Assembly: GCA_026397595.1 (NCBI GenBank)
Contig: JAPLUO010000214.1
Span: forward strand, 1 to 63,326
Source: a candidate division WOR-3 bacterium
GTDB lineage: Bacteria > Hydrothermota > Tepidihabitantia > Tepidihabitantales > Tepidihabitantaceae
Direction: 5' to 3'
DNA length: 63,326 nt
In this document: positions 7,636 to 15,206 of the stretch, piece by piece
How the letters are laid out: each line of letters starts with the position of its first letter
Numbering within the stretch: position 1 is the stretch's first letter
Made by a program: the position numbers and the translations under genes
The notes under the pieces: generated by a model
Seen by the model: only the letters and a program-made list of their open reading frames with translations
Database searches by the model: none
Told to the model about the DNA's origin: nothing

Positions 7636-8976
7636 ATGAAAGGAACGCGAATGCTCAGAACCTCAGTCTTTGGTCTGGCCCTGTTGTCCCTGGTCTTGGC
7701 CGGGCCGGCAGATGATTTCGAGTCCCGGGTGACCGAGTTCAAGCTTGCGAACGGCCTGCCGGTGCTGGTCTACACGGATTCCTCGGCGCCGGTAGTGACC
7801 GTCGCGGTCGCCTACAAGGTGGGCTCGAACTACGAGCCGGCCGGCAAGACCGGCCTGTCCCACATGCTCGAACACATGACTTTTCAGCACAGCGACATCT
7901 ACAAGCCGGGCGAGTTCTTCCGGACTATCCAGGCGAACGGAGGTGTGAACAATGGCTTCACCTCCGGTTACTATACCGCCTATTTCGAGGTCTTCGCGCG
8001 CGAGAAGTGGGAACTCGGAATGAAGATCGAGGCCTCACGCATGGGGCGCTGCGTCTTTCTCGATTCCGATTTCGCAAGCGAGCACCAGGTCGTGGCCGAG
8101 GAGCAGCGACTCAGCGAGAACAGCCCGTCCAGTGTCTTCTGGACCCAGCTCAACGCCGCGGCACTGCTTGCCCACCCGGCGCGCAACCCAACGGTGGGTT
8201 GGGCCGACGATGTCGCGCATTTCACGACCGACGCAGTGCGTGACTGGTACCAGCACTACTACAGCCCGTCCAACGCGTTGTTGGTCGTAGCGGGCGATGT
8301 CCGGCCCGACGAGGTGCGAGCGAAGGCCCAGCAGTACTTCGGCAAGTACAAGGCCCGGCCGGTCAGTCTGCCGGACTTCTACAACACTGAGCCGAAGCAG
8401 GTCGGCGAGCGTCGCATGGTGGTCCATAAGATCGTCACGCAGCCGTCTCTGGCCATCGCCTATCACTCGCCGGGTATCCTCGACTCCGCGTTTTACGCCT
8501 CGGTGGTGGCCGGCGGCGTACTCGGCCAGGGCCGGGGTTCCCGCCTGTACCAAAGGCTGGTGGTCGATTCCGGACTGGCCACCAGCGCATCGGCCTACTC
8601 CGAATCCGGGCGCGACCCGGGCCTGTTCTGGGTGAGCGTCACCCCGAAGGCTGAGAGCCTGATTCCGCGCATCGAACGGATCGTCTATGCCGAGATCGGC
8701 CGATTGGGCAAGGAATCGATCACCGACCGCGAGTTGCAGCGGGTGAAGAACCAGGTGGTTGCCGACTACATCTACAGCCGCGATGCCATCATGTGGATGG
8801 CTATCATCCTGGGCAGCTACCAGCTTACCCATGGTTCGTGGCGAGAATTCAAGCTGTATCCCGAGAAGATCGGCCGAGTGACCGCGGCCGAGGTGCAGAG
8901 CTTCTGCCGGGGGTTTCTGACGGCCGACAATCGTACGGTCGGGACGTTGCTCCCGATTGCGCAGGAGGAGAAATGA
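7636..8976 (+). CDS. M16 family zinc peptidase (catalytic subunit), secreted
   Basis: HxxEH zinc motif (LSHMLEHMTF). Signal-peptide-like N-terminus from the ATG at 7636. Confidence 0.85.
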   Translation: MKGTRMLRTSVFGLALLSLVLAGPADDFESRVTEFKLANGLPVLVYTDSSAPVVTVAVAYKVGSNYEPAGKTGLSHMLEHMTFQHSDIYKPGEFFRTIQANGGVNNGFTSGYYTAYFEVFAREKWELGMKIEASRMGRCVFLDSDFASEHQVVAEEQRLSENSPSSVFWTQLNAAALLAHPARNPTVGWADDVAHFTTDAVRDWYQHYYSPSNALLVVAGDVRPDEVRAKAQQYFGKYKARPVSLPDFYNTEPKQVGERRMVVHKIVTQPSLAIAYHSPGILDSAFYASVVAGGVLGQGRGSRLYQRLVVDSGLATSASAYSESGRDPGLFWVSVTPKAESLIPRIERIVYAEIGRLGKESITDRELQRVKNQVVADYIYSRDAIMWMAIILGSYQLTHGSWREFKLYPEKIGRVTAAEVQSFCRGFLTADNRTVGTLLPIAQEEK

Positions 8977-9035
8977 GACGCGGCCATTTCAGATTTCAGA
9001 TTGCAGATTGCAGATTGAGGAATTGCGGAAACCGA

Positions 9036-10361
9036 ATGACACGAGTGATTGTCGCGGCGTGCATTATGGGCGGCCTGGCCTCAGCCGTGCCGCTGTATCG
9101 CGATACCCTGCCGAACGGGCTGGCCGTTGTCAGCTACGTGGATCATCGCCTGCCGATGACCGACATCGCGTTTGTCTGCCGGTCCGGCTCGGCCAGCGAT
9201 CCGGAGGGCAAGTGGGGACTCGCCAACGGCACCGTGACCCTGATGACCCGGGGCACGAAGTCGATGACCGCGGATTCGATTGCGAGCATCGTCGAATTCC
9301 TCGGCGCTCAGTTCAACGGCTATGCGGGCAACGACAACAGCATGATCTCCCAGCGCGTTCTGGCCAAGGACCTCGTGACCGGGCTGGACCTGCTGACCGA
9401 CGCTGTGCGCAATCCGAGCTTCGAGGCGAAGGAGGTCGAGCGCGCCCGGGCTGAAGGGATGGCTCAAGTCCGGGAGATGTCCGACTATCCGCTGGCCCGG
9501 GTGATGGTGGACTTCTACCAGACGCTCTTACCCGGTCACCCGTACGCTCACCAGACCATCGGCGACACGGTATCGCTGATGGCGATTACGCGGGAAGACC
9601 TCATCGCCTTTCACAAGACCAACTACGTGCCCAACAACTGCTTCATCGTGGCGGTGGGCGACTTCGACCGGCCCGAGTTGCTGAAGATGATTCAGGCCCG
9701 GTTCGGCGACATGACCCGGGGTGAGGTTACGGAGGTCAAAGCTCCGGACATGCCTTTCCCGGCCAAGCTGCGAGTGAAGCTCATCGCCCGCCCGGACATG
9801 AACCAGACCTACATCATGTTCGGCCATCCCGGCATCGCGTACTCTGATTCAGACCGGCTGGCAACGAACCTGGCCGTCCACATCCTCGGCGGCGGCGCCC
9901 TCGCCTCTCGGATTGGTGATGCCGTGCGCGAAGAGGCCGGCCTGGCGTATGAGGTCCGCACCGTCTTCGACCAGGACCGTCTGCGTGGGGCATTCTGGGC
10001 CTGGGTGCAGACCGCCAAGCCCAAAGAGGCAATCGCCATCATGTTCCGGGAGATCGAGAGAATGCGGAAGGACGGCGCGAAGAAGAGCGAACTCGAAGAG
10101 GCGCAGAACTACTACGCCGGTAGCTACCCGATTCGGTTCAGCTCCAACCAGGGCAAGCTGTACGAAGCGGTCAATATCGAGTTCTACCAGCTCGGTCTGG
10201 ACTGGGTTGACAAGTACCCGGACAAGATCCGCGCCCTGACCCTTGACGAGGTCAACCGGGCCGCGCGCGAGCGCCTGCATCCCGGGCACTACGTTATGGT
10301 CGTCATGGGCAACGTGAAGAAAGAGGACCTTGGACTGAGCGACGTCGAATGGATTGAATAG
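9036..10361 (+). CDS. M16 family peptidase, non-catalytic partner
   Basis: M16 fold similarity throughout, but no HxxEH motif. Start trimmed to the ATG at 9036 (MTRVIVAACIMGGLASA). Confidence 0.8.
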   Translation: MTRVIVAACIMGGLASAVPLYRDTLPNGLAVVSYVDHRLPMTDIAFVCRSGSASDPEGKWGLANGTVTLMTRGTKSMTADSIASIVEFLGAQFNGYAGNDNSMISQRVLAKDLVTGLDLLTDAVRNPSFEAKEVERARAEGMAQVREMSDYPLARVMVDFYQTLLPGHPYAHQTIGDTVSLMAITREDLIAFHKTNYVPNNCFIVAVGDFDRPELLKMIQARFGDMTRGEVTEVKAPDMPFPAKLRVKLIARPDMNQTYIMFGHPGIAYSDSDRLATNLAVHILGGGALASRIGDAVREEAGLAYEVRTVFDQDRLRGAFWAWVQTAKPKEAIAIMFREIERMRKDGAKKSELEEAQNYYAGSYPIRFSSNQGKLYEAVNIEFYQLGLDWVDKYPDKIRALTLDEVNRAARERLHPGHYVMVVMGNVKKEDLGLSDVEWIE

Positions 10362-10625
10362 GCGCGGCGTGATAAGATGGTCGGGTTTCGTACATCGTTA
10401 CTTCGGCGGACTCGTACATCGTCCAACGCGGACCGCGAGGAATGATTCCGGCCAACGATGAACGTTGCAAGGTTTCTGCCGCGCTGTCGGACAGGGGCCG
10501 CCGAGGCCAACCAACGCGGCTGGTCGAGACGATGCGGGGTTCGTACATCGTTGCATCGAAGGACTCGTACATCGTTGAGAGCCTGACGTGAGATGCAGAC
10601 GATGCTGAAGCTGCACCGTGACAGC
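10362..10625 (+). repeat. composite RM-tail repeat R5 interrupted by 'cgtacatcg' word modules
   Basis: GCGCGGCGTGATAAGATGGTCGG ... CTGGTCGAGACGATG ... ATGCAGACGATGCTGAAGCTGCAC, separated by two ~45-bp modules of the form GTTCGTACATCGTT.C.TCG..GGACTCGTACATCG. Confidence 0.75.
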
Positions 10626-10667
10626 TCACGGCCAACGGCTAGCAGTTTCAAGCAGAAGGGGAGTCAG

Positions 10668-11666
10668 ATGAAGAGAAGGACGATTTCGATACTCGGGCTG
10701 TTGACGGCACTGCTAGGCATTGGTTGCAGCGACGCGAACAACCTGCGGATTACCCTCCGCCCGGCCGATACCACGCAGTACTCGGCCAGGGGCGCTCGAA
10801 GGCTCAGGGGCGACTCGAGCAGAATCCAGTTGCGCCTTGACTGGCTCTACGACGAACCGGGCTTTCGTCCGCCCAGTGAGAGGGCGAAGGTCGAGCCCAC
10901 GGACAGCACGATTACGGTCTCGGTCTCGGACACGTCCGGCGCGGCGCGGATCGAGTACCTGGCCTCGACGCGCGGGCTAATCACGTTCCGCCAGATTGCC
11001 GGGGATTCGATTGCAGGGGCGATACTCGACAGTGTTGACGGCTGGCTCCAGTTACACCCCGGGGCGGCCGCCGCAGGCCCGGGCTTGTTGGACAAATCGA
11101 TCTTCTACCGTAGTTACCAGTGCCGGGTCCTTGAACGGGATTATCCACTGGTCAGCAACGTTTTGAAGGCGGTTGATACTGCGGTCTACGATAGCTGGGA
11201 ACCGGCGTTTGGGGTGCTCGACGCAGGCAAGATCGACACGTCTCGAATCCTCTACTTCGTTGCACGGCAGCCGGAGATGTCGAACGCGAGGGGAAGGTTG
11301 GTCGCGTCCGCGGTTGCGCATCGGGGACGTGGCACTCGGCCTCCCAACGCTCCCCCGGTGGCGCGTGAGACCCAACCTTTCCTTGTGGACATGCAACTGT
11401 CCCATGACACGTTCTGGGGCCCCGACCCGGTTCTGAAACTGGCCGAGTTCACGGCTTCTCACGTAGGCCAGCGACTCGCCATGATGCTGGATACGGTTGT
11501 GCTCTCGGCGCCAATGATTCAGGATACGATTCGGGATGGGTCGTTCATGGTTGTAACCCGCGATACCCTGGGAGCCTATGCCCGGGACTTGACGACGATC
11601 TTCCTGAGCGGACCGCTCTACCCGCCGCTGGTCGTGGAGCGGGTCGAACGAGTCGGCGGGAAGTGA
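10668..11666 (+). CDS. lipoprotein with a SecD-head-like C-terminal region
   Basis: Lipobox LLGIGC after the ATG at 10668. The C-terminus ...FTASHVGQRLAMMLDTVVLSAPMIQDTIRDGSFMV resembles the SecD periplasmic head motif. Confidence 0.5.
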   Translation: MKRRTISILGLLTALLGIGCSDANNLRITLRPADTTQYSARGARRLRGDSSRIQLRLDWLYDEPGFRPPSERAKVEPTDSTITVSVSDTSGAARIEYLASTRGLITFRQIAGDSIAGAILDSVDGWLQLHPGAAAAGPGLLDKSIFYRSYQCRVLERDYPLVSNVLKAVDTAVYDSWEPAFGVLDAGKIDTSRILYFVARQPEMSNARGRLVASAVAHRGRGTRPPNAPPVARETQPFLVDMQLSHDTFWGPDPVLKLAEFTASHVGQRLAMMLDTVVLSAPMIQDTIRDGSFMVVTRDTLGAYARDLTTIFLSGPLYPPLVVERVERVGGK

Positions 11667-11684
11667 GGCGCCCGGGGCACCATG

Positions 11685-11802
11685 CAAGGCGCGGCGTGAT
11701 CGTATGGTCGGACTGGCGAGAGGATGCGGCCTCGTACAGCGTTGCATCGGAGGAATCGTACATCGCGCGGAGCCACCGCTAGCCGTGAGCCGTAAGCCGA
11801 GG
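11685..11802 (+). repeat. RM-tail repeat R6 plus word tail
   Basis: CAAGGCGCGGCGTGATCGTATGGTCGG..., then a third cgtaca(t/g)cg module, then gccgtgagccgtaagccgag words. Confidence 0.7.
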
Positions 11803-11946
11803 GTCCTCCCCGACGCGCTGGGGTTTCGGCGTGAGCGGTGAAGAGTTGACCGGACCACGTTCGAACCCTATGATTTGAGAGACCGTACGGCCCGTGCGTC
11901 GCATCGGGCCGGCGGAATGACCGCATCAGGAGGCACATTGAAGAAA

Positions 11947-12984
11947 ATGTCAGTATTGGCCGCTTTGCTGCTTCTGGTTGCCATGGCGCCGGCGTTCGAC
12001 CGCGTCGTGGTGGCCGAAGAGCCGTACTCTGAAAGCTGAGGGTCCTGCGCTGCTGCCAGCCGTGCGCTGGATCAGGTCCTTGAGGACTATGCCGGATCCG
12101 CCGTGGGTATCGAGTGGCACATAGTGAACGGCTCCCCATTGTACAGTCCCGAGGGGTGGGCCAAGTGGTGGCAGTATCCGCCGCCGTACGAGGGCGGCTA
12201 CGCCACGCCGTGGTGCTGGATTGACGGTAAGAGCCGCGGTTACCAGCCCAACTTGTGGGCCGGGTACGTAGCGGATGAGTTGCTCGTGCCGACCGAAGTC
12301 AGCTTGGCCCTGTCCGGGGAGTACAACCGATCCGCTCGGACGGGCACGCTCACTGCGGTCATCCACAACGCGGCGACATCGTCCCTGGATGCCGCGCTCC
12401 TCGTTGCCATCACCGAGGACAGCATCTACTACGTCGGCTCGAACGGCGACACCTGGCAGAACCACGTGCTCCGCGACTATGTACCCGACCAGAACGGCAC
12501 CACAATCTCGATTCCGTCGGGCGCGTACGACACGGTGACGATCAACTACGCACTCGACTCGACATGGGTCGAGCATTTCACCAAGGTCGTCGCCTACGTT
12601 CAGTCGTCGTCCACCCAGCCCGATTCGTCCCGGCCCTGCTACCAGGCCCAGGCCGCGCCGGTGCTCTCGTTCGTCGGTACCGCAGAGCCGCGGATTCCCG
12701 AGTCGTTCTACGACAACGCCACGGTCGCGGTCGGGCCGAACCCCTGCCGCGCCAATGCGCAGTTCCGGTTCACCGGCAGGGCCGGCCGAGGCTATCGTCT
12801 CGATATCTACTCGCGTGACGGCCGGCTCGTGCGCGAACTCGCCGGCACGATCAACCCGGGCATGAACACCCTCGCATGGGATCGGACCGACGTTCGTGGG
12901 CGGAAAGTCGCGGGCGGCGTCTACGGCTTCCGCCTGGTTTCGACCGGGACCTCGGCCCCGGGCAAGCTCGTTCTCACGGACTAG
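11947..12984 (+). CDS. candidate selenoprotein: secreted Omp28/thioredoxin-like protein with a T9SS C-terminal sorting domain; TGA at 12037-12039 read as Sec
   Basis: AGGAGG (11928-11933), ATG at 11947 and a signal peptide. An in-frame TGA at codon 31 sits in ...VVVAEEPYSES-U-GSCAAAS.... The frame then stays open for 315 more codons into the ORF-track ORF 12103-12984. The C-terminus is a T9SS/FlgD-Ig-like CTD (...LDIYSRDGRLVRELAG...WDRTDVRGRKVAGGVYGFRL...). Confidence 0.55.
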
Positions 12985-13048
12985 AACCGACAAAGATCCG
13001 AATACAGTAGTGAGCGGCGCAGGCATGGAACAAGGATAGGAGCCAGGA

Positions 13049-13681
13049 ATGAGAGTATTGCTGGTGAACGGCAGTCCCCGCGCCAAAGGGTGTACGCATA
13101 CCGCGCTGGAAGAAGTAGCCAAGTCGCTGAGTTCAGAAGGGATCGGAACCGAGATATTCCATATCGGAACCGAGCCTCTGTCCGGCTGCACTGCCTGCAG
13201 GAGCTGCCGGGAAACCGGGCGGTGTAAGATCCCCGACCGAGTCAATGAGTTCCTCGATATTGCGGGAGACGCGGACGGCTATGTGTTCGGCTCACCCGTA
13301 CATTATGCGGCCGCGGGAGGTGCCATTGCCTCATTCATGGCTCGCGTTTTCTATACCGCCGGCCTTTCCGGCAGCGGAATCTTCTACTTGAAGCCGGCCG
13401 CCGCTGTCGTCTCGGCCAGAAGGGCGGGAACGACCGCAGCGTTCGACCAGCTCAACAAGCTCTTCACCCTGGCCGAAATGCCGGTCATCTCGTCGAGGTA
13501 TTGGAACATGGTTCACGGCTCCACACCGGAGGAGGTAAGGAGAGACCTCGAGGGAATGCAGATAATGCGCATACTGGGAAAGAACATGGCCTGGTTCCTG
13601 AAGTGCAAGAAGGCGGGTATCGAGGCCGGTGTCCCGTTCCCTGAGCGAGAAGAGACCGTGTTTACCAACTTCATTCGCTGA
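13049..13681 (+). CDS. iron-sulfur flavoprotein-like / flavodoxin-family FMN reductase
   Basis: MRVLLVNGSPR.... Compact CX2CX2CX5C motif (CTACRSCRETGRC). ...GYVFGSPVHYAAAGG.... Confidence 0.75.
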   Translation: MRVLLVNGSPRAKGCTHTALEEVAKSLSSEGIGTEIFHIGTEPLSGCTACRSCRETGRCKIPDRVNEFLDIAGDADGYVFGSPVHYAAAGGAIASFMARVFYTAGLSGSGIFYLKPAAAVVSARRAGTTAAFDQLNKLFTLAEMPVISSRYWNMVHGSTPEEVRRDLEGMQIMRILGKNMAWFLKCKKAGIEAGVPFPEREETVFTNFIR

Positions 13682-13911
13682 CCAGCGCTGCTCAGGACCA
13701 TGACTCATGCTGCCTGGTACGGAAATGGCTGAAGCGGAATAGTGTAAGTGCACTGCCCGGGCAATCTCGGTGCCGCAATCCCCGATTGCCTCCGATGCGC
13801 GGCAAGCGACTTCGTCTGCCCGGACGACTCGGTCGCAGATCAAGCCCGGCCCGGCTCAAGCCGCATACTGTGAGCCGTCAGCCGCAGGCTATCGGACGAC
13901 CACCCCGCCCA

Positions 13912-13940
13912 TTTGACACGCCCGCACGCACGTCCTAGAA
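13912..13940 (+). promoter_or_regulatory. sigma70-like promoter candidate
   Basis: TTGACA (13912-13917), 17-nt spacer, TAGAAT (13935-13940). About 90 nt upstream of the ATG at 14030. Confidence 0.4.
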
Positions 13941-14029
13941 TCAGCCATGACCGGACCGGAATCAACCCTAGCGGATGCCGGAAACGCGGGAAGTATCCCC
14001 GCCGAAAACCAGGGCCGGAGCAAGCCACG

Positions 14030-14302
14030 ATGAAAAGGAAACAGCCCGAGACCCGGGAAGAATTCTACAGCGAACTCGATCGGCGCTGGCGGGTGACGGC
14101 CCAGCCGAAGCCGAAGGTGTTTACCGCAATCAATACCATCATTTTGGTCGTCGTCCTCGCGGTTCTGTGTGTCGCCGCGTACATGAACCGCGCGCGCATC
14201 GGCGCGCTCTGGCAGCAGGTGACCGGCAAGGCCCCGCCCATTTGGGTCATGCCCGAGAAACCGGAGCGCGAAGGCCCGGAAATCGAGGGCCGGGACTTCT
14301 AA
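14030..14302 (+). CDS. small single-pass membrane protein, hypothetical
   Basis: 90 aa from the internal ATG, with one TM helix (AINTIILVVVLAVLCVAAY). Confidence 0.35.
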   Translation: MKRKQPETREEFYSELDRRWRVTAQPKPKVFTAINTIILVVVLAVLCVAAYMNRARIGALWQQVTGKAPPIWVMPEKPEREGPEIEGRDF

Positions 14303-14514
14303 TCGCGCGGGGAATCCCGAGACGCAAACCGGATTCCGTCCGCGCCTTTTACTGCCTGTTCTCCAATCAGGACTGTGTTCCTGTCCCGCGGAGTCGTGCC
14401 GGAGAACGTGCCCGCAGCCGAGAGCCGTGAGCCGATAGCGACCCTGGACGTGTTGCTGCGGGAATTGTACGGAGTGATGGAAGAGGAGATCATGATTATC
14501 GAAGGAGAGCAAAG

Positions 14515-15072
14515 GTGACCGACGGTCAAGTCAACATGGGCATGAACCGGAAGGGTGGTGACGCTCGGCCACCTTCGCGCTGGTCGGAATTCGCTAATCT
14601 GCGGAACTACATTTTTGGCAGCTCGGCCGCGATCATCACAGACATCAGTCTTATCGTCGGACTGGGTTCGGCCCGGACCGGCAAGGAGCCGATTCTCGCC
14701 GGGCTCTTGACCATCGCCGTTGCCGACAACATCTCCGACTCCCTCGGAATCCACATGTACAAGGAGAGCGAAGGATATGGCCAGAAGCTGTCGCTGTTTT
14801 CAACCCTGTTGAACTTCCTCTCGCGTCTGCTGATTTCCTGCACCTTTGTCGCGATTGTCCTGGTGCTTCCCATGGCTCACGCCATTGTCGTGGGGCTGAT
14901 CTGGGGGTTGTTGCTGATCGTCCTCATCAGCTACCTTATCAGCCGCAGCAACAGAGAGAAGCCGCTCAAGGAAATAGTCATACACCTTCTAGTTGCGGTC
15001 GTCGTGATCGCGCTAAGTCTGTACCTGGGACGCGCAATAGCGACGTACTTCCATGCGACAGGGCGAGCGTAA
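14515..15072 (+). CDS. VIT1/CCC1-like membrane protein (short form)
   Basis: Polytopic. The segment ...FGSSAAIITDISLIVGLG...LAGLLTIAVADNISDSLGIHMYKESE resembles VIT-family membrane domains. Confidence 0.45.
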   Translation: MTDGQVNMGMNRKGGDARPPSRWSEFANLRNYIFGSSAAIITDISLIVGLGSARTGKEPILAGLLTIAVADNISDSLGIHMYKESEGYGQKLSLFSTLLNFLSRLLISCTFVAIVLVLPMAHAIVVGLIWGLLLIVLISYLISRSNREKPLKEIVIHLLVAVVVIALSLYLGRAIATYFHATGRA

Positions 15073-15115
15073 TTCCGGGAGGGAGGAGAAGCGGCTGCTT
15101 TCCATATTCCTGAGC

Positions 15116-15195
15116 GATGTCAAGGCGCGGAGTGACAAGACAGCCGAGTTGGTCGAGCGGATGGTGACGGCTGGCGGCTTGAGGCTTGTGGTTTG
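15116..15195 (+). repeat. RM-tail repeat R7 plus word tail
   Basis: GATGTCAAGGCGCGGAGTGACAAGACAGCCGAGTTGGTCGAGCGGATGGTG (DVKARSDKTAELVERMV), followed by ggcggcttgaggcttgtgg words. Confidence 0.8.
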
Positions 15196-15206
15196 AAACC
15201 CGCAAC

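Noticed and set aside
10289-10651. Minus-strand ORFs across repeat R5
   Set aside because: They are generated by the cgtacatcg word modules and have no start context or family similarity.
3889-15195. A classical integron cassette array explaining the repeat-after-each-gene pattern
   Set aside because: No intI-type integrase is present, and no R''/R' (RYYYAAC/GTTRRRY) cores were found at repeat ends by eye. The repeats share primary sequence, unlike attC sites. I kept it as an analogy only.
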